Source of the DNA: the human T2T-CHM13v2.0 reference genome, Homo sapiens
Length of the DNA: 64,000 nt
NCBI RefSeq assembly: GCF_009914755.1
Contig: NC_060942.1
Direction: 5' to 3' (one strand)
The notes under the pieces: generated by a model
Databases searched by the model: none
Told to the model about the DNA's origin: nothing
Seen by the model: only the letters and a program-made list of their open reading frames with translations
Made by a program: the position numbers and the translations under genes
In this document: positions 31,172-44,005 of the stretch, in pieces
Position numbering within the stretch: the first letter of the stretch is position 1
How the letters are laid out: the number at the start of each line of letters is the position of its first letter

Positions 31172-31549
31172 TATATTAGTCCATTTTCATCTTGCTATAA
31201 AGAACTGCTCAAGACTGAGTAATTTATAAAGGAAAAATGTATAATTGACTCACAGTTCAGCACGGTTGGGGAAACCTCAGAAAACTTACAATTATGGTAG
31301 AAGGAAAGGGGAAGCAAGGCACCTTCCTCACAAGGCAGCAGGAAGGAGAAGTGCCGAGCGAAGGGGTAAGAGCCCCTTATAAAACCATCAGATCTTGTGA
31401 GAACTCCCTCACTATCACAAGAACAGCATGGGGGAAACTGCCCCTATGATTGAATTACTTCCACCTGGTCTCTCCCTTAACACATGGGGATTATGAGGAT
31501 TACAATTCAAGATGAGATTTGGGTGGGGACACAAAGCCTAACCATATCG
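31172..31549 (-). mobile_element. THE1D-like solo LTR
   Basis: tattagtccattttca...ttgactcacagttc...caagatgagatttgggtggggacaca...ccatatc; perfect TSD gatgc (31167-31171, 31550-31554). Confidence 0.93.
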
Positions 31550-31750
31550 GATGCCCTTCTCCTGATGTCCAGAGGCTTGATCAGCCTTGCCCATAGATTT
31601 CACCTCAGGATAGAAAAGGGGAAAGGAAGAAATCTGAGAGGGGAGAGAAGCCATGACAGAAAAGTTAAAACTTTCACTCACCTGAACCTAAGTCATAAAA
31701 TGGCTGAGTAACTTGAGACAGGCTATGAATTCTCAAATAATAATAATAAC

Positions 31751-31930
31751 AGGGTGGGAGAGGCGGAGGGATAACGTTAGGAGATATACCTAATGTAAGT
31801 GATGAGTTAATGGGTGCAGCACACCAATATGGCACATGTATACATATGTAACAAACCTGCACCTTGTGCACAGGTACCCTAAAACTTAAAGTATAATAAA
31901 TATATATAATAAAAAATAAAAAAATAAAAA
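31751..31930 (+). mobile_element. L1PA 3' end (severely 5'-truncated)
   Basis: ttaggagatatacctaatgta...gggtgcagcacacca...accctaaaacttaaagtataataaa plus A-rich tail. Confidence 0.93.
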
Positions 31931-32872
31931 CACAGAGAAAGAAGACTAAAAAAGAAAGAACTAAAAATAATAATAATAATAATAATAATAATAAAGTGAA
32001 AAATGTTTTGCAATGTTGTAAAAATAGGAACTGCCAAGGAAGCTAATTTCATCTTTTAAAAATAAAGACAAAAAATCATTAAAATATAATGTGTATATTT
32101 TGAAATTGATACCTATCTACCTATCAGTGCTTCTCTGAACATTCTCATGAATCCGTATCTGCACTGAAACCTGATTTCAAGCCCTCATCCAATTACTGTT
32201 GAACGAAATGATTATCTTCAATGGTCTTTGCCTTGCTGTATCTCTGCAACATACTACCACATGCCGTCAGGCTGAATTAACATTGAATACCTGCTTTTCA
32301 CTAAATCTAGGAGACCTTCAATAGATTTTGTGGCTGATGATTATTTATAGGTATTGTATTCCTTCTATAAAATTTTTCTAAACTTTTAAAAATAACTTTG
32401 AAATCATGCACTTTAATAAAATACAGAAAGTAATTTCTGAAGATTATTTGCATATACACTTTCTTCTGCGAACTGATAAGAAATTCATAGGACAAAAAAT
32501 GCTAACACAATTTGAGCATCTAAATGGCATGTATTTCTACTTTTATCTCTACATTGCCAGAAGCCAGTTCACAAAATATATTTCAAAAATAAAATAAGAA
32601 ATTATTGGAAAGACAAAGTTCATTCTCTACTTGAAAACCCAAAATTAAAGAATAAGTAACTACTCACCTGGTTTTGATAGCAACATTTCAAGGAGACTAG
32701 TACCAATGTGACAATAAGATGGATGATACATAAAAGGACTGAATATTATTTTTTAGTGTATGGTAAACAATAATTGATTTTTTAATGGAGAGGACAAAGG
32801 TCTTGGCCTTGACATGAGTAGAATTATTTTCACTTTAAACAGGAAGTGAAGGGTTCTCTCTTATTTCTTTCC

Positions 32873-32993
32873 TTTTTTTTTTGGCAGATGGATGTCCTAT
32901 TGCTCAAGGTGACCTCAAACTCCTGGGTACAAGGGAATCCTCTTACCTCAACCTCCAGAGTAACTGGGAATACAGGTGCACCAATGATCAGCT
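32873..32993 (-). mobile_element. FLAM-like Alu monomer
   Basis: poly-T, ctcaaactcctggg..caag..atcctc..acctcaacctcc..agtaactggga.tacagg; ctctcttatt on both flanks. Confidence 0.75.
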
Positions 32994-33548
32994 CTACCTC
33001 TCTTATTAATGGAGCTAATCTTGTTTTACAGTTATATTTCAATGATCTTCAGGCTTTAGTTCAAATGGTTATGTCTTCATATAAAGATTACCTGTGGGTT
33101 TCAGACCTCTCAAATAATGTTCAGGAGAAAATTAAGTGTGAATCCAAAAGCAATACACAGTAACCCTCAATTTTACAAATTTTGACTTAGAGATATAGAA
33201 TAAGGTCCTTACAGCATCCACTGATGGGTAAATTCTCCTAAATATCCCCTATATTTTTCACCCCTTAGGATTTCTCTTCCATCAGAAGATACCAAATTCT
33301 TCTTTCTCCCTCTCTCCAACTGTTTGACTGTTCAGTAACCACACTAACTCAAATCTCTTTCCCACATTCCTTTCTAAAATCCTGTCCATGTGCATGGAGA
33401 TAATTTGAGCAAAATGAAAAGCCATCCTTAACTAGAGCTAGAATCACCTCCTGCTGCCTTTTAAGCTGTTGGGGGATATTTATTCCCAACACAGTGTTTA
33501 CAGAACAATTTGAAATAGAATCATTGTGTTTAAGAAATATACAAAATA

Positions 33549-33883
<335 letters not shown>

Positions 33884-34124
33884 TTAGCTGTTGCTAACTA
33901 TGCATATCCTTGCTACTAATAATGACAATTTATTCTCCTGGAGACAAAGCAAAAATTAAGTCTTTTTGTCAGTTTATGAGAAGAGGAGGGTGTCTATATT
34001 GCTCATTCACTAGTCAACAAATTTAAATTGGAGCAGGGAATTTATATAAAATTAAAAGAATGCAGCTAACTTACAGAAGATAAAAGAACAGCAGCCCCTT
34101 GAGTCACTTGTTCACTCTCTTAGG

Positions 34125-34770
34125 TACAGTTCTCCAGAGAAACAGAACCAGGAAGACATAGACAGAGAAAGAAAGAAAGTAGAAGTTTAATATAAGGAAT
34201 TGTCTTACATGATCACAGAAGCCGAAAACTCCCATACTCTGCATTTGGCAAGCTGGAGATCCAGGTGAGCCAATGTGTTTCAGTTCCAGTCATAAAGTAG
34301 AAAATAACTGATGTACCAGCTTTTTGTCAGTCAGGTAAGAGAAATTCCCTTTTATTTGGCAGAGGGACAGACTTTTGTTCTATCTGGACTTTTAACTGAT
34401 TGGATGTGGCCCACCGACATTGGAGAGGATAGCCTGCTTTACTCCATCTACTCGTTTAAATGTAAATATCATCCATGAGCACATGCCTGTAATCCCAGCT
34501 CCTCGGGAGGCTGAGGCAGGAGAATCACTTGAACCCAGGAGGCGGAGGTTGCAGTGAGCCAAGATTGCACCACTGCACAGCAGCATGGGTGACAAAGTGA
34601 GATTCTGTCTCAAAAAAATACAATACAATACAACACAATACAATAGAATCCAATGCAACACAAAACAAAATTTAAAAATACCATCCATGAACACCCACAT
34701 GGTCACATGCAAAATAATGTTTATTGCATATCTGGGATTCCTATGACCCATCAAGTTGACACATAAAAGT
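34125..34770 (-). mobile_element. MLT2 (ERVL) LTR interrupted by an Alu arm
   Basis: gttctccagagaaacagaacca...gcaagctggaga...aactgattggatg...caagttgacacataaaa. Confidence 0.85.
34479..34675 (+). mobile_element. 5'-truncated AluS (right monomer) with (ATACA)n-derived tail
   Basis: gcacatgcctgtaatcccagct...ctgtctcaaaa; TSD aaata(t/c)catccatga at ~34464-34478 and ~34676-34690. Confidence 0.9.
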
Positions 34771-35520
34771 GGAAAGCGTACTGACTGTCCATGAGGTGGA
34801 AGGAGAGGAACTGAGGAAGTGGTGGCTGCACTGCTTTTCTCATTGGGTCTAGTGGTGTCTGATATTGAGCTGCCAGGATATGTGGCTGGTACATCTGACC
34901 AGCAGGTCAATAGGGGTGACATGAGCACAATTGAGCCTGTGGACTGAATTCTTTCCACACTCAAGGCTGCAGAAGTCTGAATTCTTCCAAACTATCTTTG
35001 GAAAACTCAACCCACTGAGCAATAATAGACAAATAAACAAAACAACTTTTTTTCCCTAACTTCCATGAAGGATTTTGTCTTTTCTCAGTGAAAACTATGC
35101 CCTCTGCTTTAAGAAGAAAGAAGAGAAACCATTGTTTGCTGTACACAAGTCTTACAACAGAAGGAAACCAACTCAGTTATCCCTGGGGCATTATTAACAT
35201 TAGCTCTCATCTTGCTGTTTGCCCCACAGGTGACAGAAATGTTCCTAGAAAACCACGAACTCTTTTGCAGATTAGTTTTGGTGCTTTGATTTTTGTAGGC
35301 CTACATATTGAATTCCATGACTAGGCACAAAATAATTCCTTTTTAAGGAGAGTTTGCTCACTTGATTGAAAGACCTTAAAGAAACCACTAATGTGAGTAC
35401 AGTTTCCTTAACTTTATACAAACATTAGTAGGTTTATCATAGCTAAACTCTCTGGCTGACACTATATAGATGGCAAATGCAGCAAATGGTTTCGAGGAGA
35501 AAAAAATCAAGAAAAAATAG

Positions 35521-35881
35521 TGTATTAGTTCGTTTTCATGCTGATGATAAAGACATACCTGAGACTGAGTAATTTGTAAAGAAAAAAAGGTTTAATGGAC
35601 TTGCAGTTCCACATGGCTGGTGAGGCCTCACAGTCATGGTGGAAGGCAAAAGGCACATCTTACATGGCAGCAGGCAAGAAAGAATGAGAGCAAGACTAAG
35701 GGGGAACCTGTTATAAAACCACCAGATCTCATGAGACTTATTCACTACCATGAGAACAGTATGTGGGAAACCGCCCCCATGATTCAATTATCTCCCACCA
35801 TGTCCCTCCCACAACACACGGGAATAATGGGAGCTACAATTCAAGATGAGATTTGGGTGGGGACACAGCCAAACCCTATCA
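35521..35881 (-). mobile_element. THE1B/C-like solo LTR
   Basis: tgtattagt...ataaagacatacctgagactg...gagacttattcactaccatgagaacag...gggacacagccaaacc.tatca. Confidence 0.93.
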
Positions 35882-36957
35882 AGAGGTGAGGATTTACTAA
35901 GTGTAATGAAGTAATGGGTGCCCTACCAAATGTGAGTTAATGTTTTCCCAGCATGCTCAGATATTGGGTAACGTCTAAGTTTGCTGTTAGATGAGCACAG
36001 CAAATTAGTCTTTCTGAAGTACAACCCCATGCCCTGGTGGGAAGTTCCCACCTTGACTGCCCACTTTGATTGCTAGTTACTTAGTAGGTGATCAGTCCCT
36101 CTATATGTGGAGATTTGTAGCTAATCCATTTCACTTTCTCCCCTTGATGGGTTCAGAAAATGAATACTCCATTCAGGAGCATCCTAAGGGACACAGACTG
36201 GAAATGCAATAGGTTTGTCTGATAGTTTTTTCCTAAGCATAGAGCAATGTGGATGGATGTTTGCTGGATACGAACACATATGATTCATATGTCCTGCATT
36301 CATTGTAGTCTTACATTTAAATTGTGTGTCTTCACTGAATCCACTTGTTTGCTTCAGCACGATGGTCTATGCAGTATAGATTTCTATGCAAATCTAAAGC
36401 CATTGGAAATTTTTGGAGGAACTCTTCTCTACTCATCAATAGACTGAATAAAAAATATTCTAGGACTATAGTGAGGGATATTATATTTTAAAATATAGAA
36501 GGGTTTACTCGTTTTTTTTGGTAACTCATAGCAAATAAACTCTCACTAAACCATAAACCCTTTATACAATATACACTAATGATTTTCCTCTTCCATTTTT
36601 GTTCTAATACATTAATTAAGTATTTCTACATCCTTAACCTAAATGGTTCACACAGATGTCTTCTTCTCCAGTAGTAAAATGAAAAAGTCAGCGCTGTTCT
36701 TTATTATCAGCGTCTGGTGGGTGAAGTGGAGAGGTTATGGCACAATGTATTCAGCATTTGTTTTTATCAGTCACTGCTTCTGCTCTCTTGAGCTGTATTG
36801 CTTTTATCGCTTTCCAGAATGATGAATATTGTTAATTTTTTTTTGCCAGGAGCCCCCACCTCTACTGCCAGTTCACATGGCTGTCAAACAGATGCTATAT
36901 TACCCATACTTCCTGGTCCATTGGCAGAGGCTGGACATTGGGAACCTTTCCTGAGGT

Positions 36958-37022
36958 TTATTATTATTATTGTTATTATTATTATTACTGTTATTATTAT
37001 TATTACTACTACTATCATTACT
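36958..37022. repeat. imperfect (ATT)n microsatellite
   Basis: read directly. Confidence 0.9.
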
Positions 37023-37591
37023 TTGTACATAGAGAGATGGGTAAAGTCTCTCTGGTAGCTGAATCTCTAAGAGGTAGACGTTAGGAGTTATTGGTAGTGT
37101 TTTCCACAGTGTAGGAAATCCAGTCTTAATGAGAAACATCACATGGAGAGATTCAGAAAAGAGGCATGAAGAGGAGTCCTCTGGGAATGCCATCAGGATC
37201 CTCCTGGGACTCAGGTCTGTCACTGTCTTTTCCCTCTGCTGTCAATTCATGAGCTTGTCCAGTCATCTCCCAATGCATTTCCTTTTACTTCCCCCTGCAG
37301 ACTAGTTTGAATTCTTTCTTTTATGTGTAACATATCTTTGTCACCCCTCCTGAGAAATTTAGGGCAATTTCAAAGAGGATGAGACAGAAGGTGATTTTTG
37401 TTTTTTTTGGTTTTGTGTTTGTTTCTTTGTTTGTTTGTTTTTGTTTTTGTTTTGGAATAGCTCATTTTGATCCAGATTCCAGGGAAGTTCCAGGCAGCTA
37501 CTACCTGCAAATAATTAAGCACCTATTATGTGCCAGGGACACAGGAACAATATGAATTTTTTTAAGGTTAAAACTCTTTTTAAAAATATAA

Positions 37592-37640
37592 TGTGCACAT
37601 GTACCCTAAAACTTAAAGTATAATAAAAAAAAATAAAAAT
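37592..37640 (+). mobile_element. minimal L1PA 3'-terminal insertion
   Basis: tgtgcacatgtaccctaaaacttaaagtataataaaaaaaa is the exact L1PA terminus; TSD aaaaata(t/c)a. Confidence 0.85.
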
Positions 37641-37669
37641 AAAAATACATATATATTATTATTCTCTCT

Positions 37670-37855
37670 GTTTTTTTTTGTTGTTTTTGTTTGTTTGTTT
37701 GTTTTTTGAAACAGGGTCTCCCTCTCTTGCCCAGGCTGGAGTGCAAGATCATGGCTTACTATAGCCTCAACCTTCCAGGCTCAAGCAATCCTCCTACATC
37801 AGCCCCCTGAGTAGCTGGGACTACAGGCACAAGCCACCGTGCTCAGCTATTTTTA
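37670..37855 (-). mobile_element. AluJ right-monomer fragment
   Basis: (TTTG)n tail, acagggtctc, gatcatggctta, gctcaagcaatcctcc. Confidence 0.85.
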
Positions 37856-37914
37856 TCCTTTTTCTTTTCTTTTTTTTTTTTTCTTTTCTATAGCTATGGG
37901 ATCTCACTCCTTTT

Positions 37915-38040
37915 TATTTTATACATTGTAAAACCGAAGCTCAGAAGAGGTAATTCAATCTCCAAAGTCACAAAAGAGATAGCGATGAAGTTAAGATAAA
38001 AATCCAGTTTGGTTTGGCATCCGATTCAAGAACTGTTCTT
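37915..38040 (-). mobile_element. MIR fragment
   Basis: aaaaccgaagctcagaagaggtaa...ccaaagtcaca matches the antisense MIR core. Confidence 0.65.
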
Positions 38041-38395
38041 AGGAGATGCCCTAGTATGCTATTCCTCACTCCAACCCTCCACTTAAATCTCCCTTTAAGA
38101 CAGACAATCCGAATAACTCAGCTACTTAATCACTTGGTCCAAAGCCCACAGTTCCTCATTCAGTCTTCTAAGAGCACTAGCAGCAGAGTGATTCTGCTGC
38201 CCTCTTGCTTTGGGTTGAATGTTTGTTCTCCCCAAAAGATGTTGAAGCCTAATCTCTCATGTGACAGAATTAGAAGGTGGGGATTTGGGGATGTGATTAG
38301 GTCGTGAGGGCAGAGACCTTATAATTGAATTGGTGTGTTGTGAGAGAGGCCCCAGTGGGCTGCCTCTCCCTGTCTACCATGTGAGGATGCAGCAA

Positions 38396-38465
38396 GAAGG
38401 AGCCATCGATGAACCAGGAAGGAGCCATCGATGAACCAGGAAGGAGCCATCGATGAACCAGGAAG
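38396..38465. repeat. perfect 22-bp tandem repeat x3.2 inside the LTR
   Basis: gaaggagccatcgatgaaccag. Confidence 0.95.
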
Positions 38466-39646
38466 TGGACCTCACCAGAAGCTGAATCTGCCAGCACCTT
38501 GACCTTGGCCGTCCCAGCGTCCAGAACTGTGAGAAATAATTGTCTGTGGTTCTTAAGTCACCTGTGAATCAAACAGACTGACAGAAACTGGTACTGACAA
38601 GTAAGGTGTTATAACAAATACCTACAAATGTGGAAGTGGCCATGGAACTGGGTAGAGGCTGGAAGAGTTTGGAAGCCCACGGTAGAAAAAGCCTACACTG
38701 CTGCCAACAAACCACTAAGGGTGATTCTGATGAGGACTCGGGAGAGGAAAAGAGGAGAGTTGCAGAGAAAGCCTCCATCTTCTTAGAGAAAACCTAAGTG
38801 GTTGTGAACAGCATGCTGTTAGAAATATAGATGAGAAAAACTGCTGTGATGAAGTCTCAGGTGGAAATGAAGAATACGCTCCTGGACAACAGAGAGACGC
38901 TAAATATCCTCAGCTGTACTCTGGTCATGTCCTAGTGTTTTGTGGAAGGTAGAACTCGTGAAGGATGAAATGGGGTATTTGGCTGAGGAAATACCTCAGC
39001 AAAGTGTTGGATGAGTGGGCTGGTTCCTCCTGACTGCTTAATAGTAAAAGTGAGGAGAGATAAATAATTTAAAGATGGAACTTAATCATAAGGGAAGCAG
39101 AGCTTAAAAGATTTGGTATATTTTCAGCCTATTCATATTGTAAAGACTGAGAAAGGATGTTCAGGTCAAGGGTGTGACCAACAGACTGTTTGATAAGATT
39201 AGTCAGCCACCTCAGCAGAAGTCAGAGGCTAAGTCGCACAGGTGCCAGTGGCCCCTCATTCAGTTCTTCCATTGTGTAAGACATCATCTAAGACAACAGA
39301 AGAACATAAATGAGGGCCATTGGTGCCTGTGGGACTTTAGTATCTCCTGACCACCTGTGCCTCACATAGAAGGCTGTACTCCCTGACTCCTGTGCTGCAC
39401 TCCTCAGCTACCCCAGGTACCACTCTCGACGGGCCCTGGTCCCCAGCAGAGCCATGAGAGCACAGCTGTATCCCCCAAGATTTCAAAAGACAAAGCTGTA
39501 GGCTTGATGTCCCAGCCTCGGAGAGCTGTGCAGCCCAGGCACAGAGCTGCTGTAGGCCGAGCTGTGAGGATGCAGCTCCCCAAAGCCATGGGGGCCCAAC
39601 CCATGCGCAGCAAAGCTGCAGGGGCAGGATCCCCATTCCAGTGATT

Positions 39647-39782
39647 CCAGAAGGCAGGAACCCCGACCACATGAGTCCAGGAGATGGGACCCGGGGCAGT
39701 CTGTCCAGAAGGCAGGACCCCCAACAACATGTGTCCAGGAGGTGGGACCCCAGGCAGTCTGTCCAGAAGGCAGGACCTCCAC
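39647..39782. repeat. 58-bp tandem repeat x~2.3 in the MaLR internal region
   Basis: ccagaaggcagga recurs at 39647, 39705 and 39763. Confidence 0.85.
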
Positions 39783-40689
39783 TCCAGTGGGCCTAAGGAG
39801 CAGAGCATCAAGTCAAAGATTATTCATGAGTGTTAAGGTTTATTGTTGTTTGCTCTGATGGGTTTTGGACTTTTTTGAGACCTGTAACTCCTTTCTTTCC
39901 TTTTCTCCCTTTTGAAATGGATGTGCCTGTCCTAAGCCTGTCCCACCAGTGTACTTTGAAAGTACATGACTTCTTTTGGTTCACAGACTCACAGCTGGAG
40001 AGGAATTGTCCTTGGAATTAATTGTACATTGAGCTTTATCCATTATCTGATTTAGATGATGTTTAGATGAAACTCTGGACTTTAGACTTTTGAGTTGGTG
40101 CTGGAATAAGTTAACATTTTGAGGTTGCTGAGATTGAATGAATGCATTTGGCATGTGAAAAGGACATAAGTCTGGGGAGCCCAGGTGTGGAATGCTATGG
40201 ACTAAATGTTTGCATCCTTCTATTAACTCATATGTTAAAGCCTAATCCCCTATGTGATAATATTTGGAGGTTGGCTCTTGAGAAATAATTAGGTCATGAG
40301 TGCAGAGCCCTCGAGAATGGGATTAATGTCCTTATAAAAAAGAAGAGAATTCCCTCAACCTTTCTATCATGTGAAGAAACAGCGAGAAGCTGCAATCTAT
40401 AGCAATGAAGCAAGCCATCACCACACTGACTACCAGCACCTTGATCTTGGACTTCTGAGCCTCTCACATCTCTATGTGAGAAAAACATTTCTGTCGTTTA
40501 TAAGATACCAAATCTACAGTATTTTGTTGTAACAGCCAGAATGGACTAAGGCACCTCCCACAATAATTTGTGGTAATTAATGTTCTAACCAGACTTTGTT
40601 CCTGGGTGTGTGAATCTTTATTTTGGACCTTTAAAAAAAGGTATTTTGTTTAATTCATGTTCTAACGAGAAATGTGGTACATAAGTCAT

Positions 40690-40837
40690 GTGTGTGGGGC
40701 ATTCATGTAGTGTGTGAAGTCTGTAGTGTGTATATATATGTATATGTATATGCATGTACATACATATATGTCTGCAGCCTGTGTGTGTATATGTGTGTGT
40801 ATACACATACATACTACAGATTGCAGACACACACACA
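40690..40837. repeat. degenerate (TG)/(TA)/(CA) low-complexity tract
   Basis: read directly. Confidence 0.8.
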
Positions 40838-40974
40838 GTTTAATAGTTTTGAGGTAGCCTGTGTTCTTCTGAAATTGAGATACAATATCTTTATAGCAAC
40901 AAATTATATATGTCCATCTATGAACACAAGGTATATGTACAGATAAGCAAACACTTGTTAACATGTACAATTAA

Positions 40975-41200
40975 TAATTACCAATCAAATTTGGCAAGTG
41001 ATTACTTGGTGCCAAGCACCATCCAAATGATTTGCTGGGTAATATCCCAGTCAATCCACCCTAAGGCTGTGAGGTAGACACTACAGTGATTTGCCTAACT
41101 TTGAGAAACCATGAAATCAAGGCATACGTGTAAGCGTAGCCAGAGTTCAACGTGGTAAGAAATGAAGTCTAGATCCTCTAAGTCTTGTCCCTTCCTGCCT
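40975..41200 (-). mobile_element. MIR
   Basis: tacttggtgccaagcacc...ctgtgaggtagacact...aaatcaaggca resembles antisense MIR. Confidence 0.6.
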
Positions 41201-41425
41201 ACCTGCCTTCTCCTTCTCAATTTATCCAAGGGGGCATACACCGTCAATACTGGTTTCTCTGCTCATATGTCATTTGCATGATTCTGTTGCACTGGGTGAG
41301 TCCTAACTGCCAAAATAAGATTTTTTGTTTACTCTGAATTGATTCAGTAAATAAAGTAAATGTAGATTTTCCCCCATTTTTAAGTTACTCTGAAGGAAGA
41401 ATTCTTTTTACAATACCTCTGTCCT

Positions 41426-41864
41426 ATTATGTTAAGTGAAATAAGCCAGGCATGGAAAGAGAAATACCATACGATCTCACTTGTATGGAGAATGGAATCT
41501 AACAAGCTCCAACTCTTAGAAGCAGAGAGTAGAATGGTGCTTACTCAGGGCTAGAGGGTGGGGTGGGAAAGGTAGGAATGAGGAGCTGGTCAAAGGATAA
41601 AACATTTCAGAATGACAGGAAGAATAACTTTTGGAATCTAGTCCGCAGCAGAGTGACTATATAGTCAATAAAAATGTGTTGCATACTTAAATATAACTAA
41701 GGGTGAATTTCAAATGTCTCTCTACAAAAAATGACAGGTAAGCAAGGTGATGACCATATTAATTAGCTTGATTTAATCATTCCCTTGTATACCTAGACCA
41801 AAACAGTGTTGTACCCCATAAATGTATATAATTATGTTTTGTAAATTAAACCTAACATTAAAAA
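41426..41864 (+). mobile_element. L1MA-type 3' end
   Basis: ttatgttaagtgaaataagccaggca...agaagcagagagtagaatggtg...aattagcttgatttaatcatt...gtaccccataaat; flanks atacct(c/t)tgt on both sides. Confidence 0.88.
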
Positions 41865-43987
41865 TATACCTTTGTTTTAAAGGTTCAAAATAAGGATTCA
41901 CACACCTAGGAAAAAATGTCATTATGGAAACATATATAATAATTTGGGGAAATAAAGTGTAAACTTACAGGTAATGATGAGACTGCCCAAAGAGGCTAAA
42001 TAAAGTCAATGCAACCAGAACTGGTGTGACTTAGGGGTGAGTGCCCTGAAGACTTGCTATCTGAGCAAAATTAAAGGATGACAGGAAGAGGGGCAGGTCT
42101 GGGACTGGCCAGGGAAAGGCAGTGGGACATAACTGGTGTAATACACAGACCCAAATGGCTGGCTGGGGAGGACTTTACACTGGTTTCTATAAGAATAAGC
42201 ATCTTTATACTTGTGTTGATATTTTGACATGTTCAAAAAAACCATAATTAATGGAATGAATTGTTCAGTTATGTCACTTTTGGATAACATGATGGTCAGT
42301 GTTTCCCTCAACAACAAGTACACCACATTTATTTTAGACCAACTTACTGATTGTCTATTCCAATAGAATTGTTAGTAGATTTTTTTTAACATGAGTCAGT
42401 ACCTATTTTTCAGTTTTCTCAAACAAATGCTTGCTTATTTGAGACATTTGTCTGTCCTAATTATTGGCATTCACTTCTCAGGGAATTTGAAGTAAATAAA
42501 ATTGACAATGGTTTTAGATCTTCTAGTCCAAAAGGGTCTGATAATTGATCAGTTAATCAAAACTGCACTTTATATTGAGAAATAAAAAGAGTGATACTTA
42601 CATGTTAAACATCAGATGTAACAATGAAGCACATGTTGATATTCATTTGCTAATCTGTTGATATGGAGCCAGAATTCTTCTCCTAGTTTGAATTGAGATC
42701 TTGAAGTTTGATCTCATCTATCATGAGTAAATTACAGCCCTACGTCATCTTTTATGATTTCTGGCTTCATTTAATTTAGTGGGAGCAGGAATCTGAAGAC
42801 TTATGAAGCAATCTGATTTCAGATTCAGAATTTTACATTTTTACATTTTTTTAAGATCTTTTAAATTTCTACTTATATGTAAACAGTGATTTTTTCCCCA
42901 CACGAATCCAGTTTTTCACATCCATTCCACAAAGTCTTTACAGGAATAAAAACAACAACCTCTAGATTTGCCTTCACAGTTGATCTGTTTAGATGATATT
43001 TGATTATATTATATAATTTAAATAATAAGCTCAGCCATTACAAATGGTATTTTGAAGAAACAACACCAAGTCTTGGTAAATGTACAAGTTAGCCATAAGA
43101 AGCAGAAATTGGAGAGTATTCAGTAAGTCAGGAGCAGCACTAGGCTATGGGTTGATACCACCATGTCTAAGAGACAAAATAAATAAACAAAAGAAGCAAT
43201 CTAGCTGAAATGATAATCCATTATGAGAACAACTCCATTAACTCCAATTAACTTCTTAAATAATTATTGCCTTAAACTCTTCCGAGAAGCCGAAACTAAA
43301 CTCACATTCCGAAGACCATGCCTACTATATAAATGCACACAGGAACAGAGGCCCCAAAGCTAGGGAAGTAGACGTCCCCTCTCATACATACACAAATAGA
43401 CATTCCTGGGTGTCCCTCATCTGCACAGCCATAAATGTAGGATCGCATAAAGAGGAACATAAAACAACTAGTTCAGAATCTCTCCTCCATGCTCTCCTTT
43501 CAATCACCTACACTCAAAAAGACAAGTCAACTGCTAATAGAATTTTTCCTAATAACAAGAAGTTAATGCATCAACAAACTAGAAGCTAAGCATAAATTTT
43601 TAATCTGATTTGAAAACAGGATGTTAAGATGTGTTTTGAAATTAATGTTGCATTTTATTTTATCTCTGATCAATATCTGGAGGCGACTGTGAGTGGACTG
43701 TGGAAATTGAAAGCACTTCTTTGCATGTGCAAATATCTGGGTGATTTCCCTTCAACCTGTCCCATCCTTACTCTACCCTCTTGCTTCTGGAAGCAGAGAA
43801 AGAGAAGGGGCAGGCTTTGGCAAAAATAATTTTATTTTAAGGCTTTAATCACATTTTAATAAAAATCAACACACCATTTTAAAATGTGAGTTCACTGGAT
43901 GAGATCCAGCAATCAGATTTTATAACCTCCGTGTTTATAAACTTTCCTCAACCTTTTCTGAGAAGTAATGGTCCATGTGAAATTCAT

Positions 43988-44005
43988 TGGCCCCCTCTGG
44001 TGGCA
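43988..44005 (-). promoter_or_regulatory. CTCF-like motif
   Basis: minus strand TGCCACCAGAGGGGGCCA versus core CCASYAGRKGGCRS, one mismatch; motif match only. Confidence 0.35.

Larger units (their letters stand above)
38206..40553 (+). mobile_element. MLT1A/A0-type MaLR, LTR-internal-LTR
   Basis: 5' LTR ~38206-38583; internal begins gaaactggtac...aaatgtggaagtggc..tggaactggg.agaggctggaagagtttgga; 3' LTR ~40193-40553; TSD cctct/cctcc. Confidence 0.88.

Noticed and set aside
34392-34964. 190-aa minus-strand ORF
   Set aside because: Runs through MLT2, a pentamer repeat and an antisense Alu arm; a chance composite with a non-ATG start.
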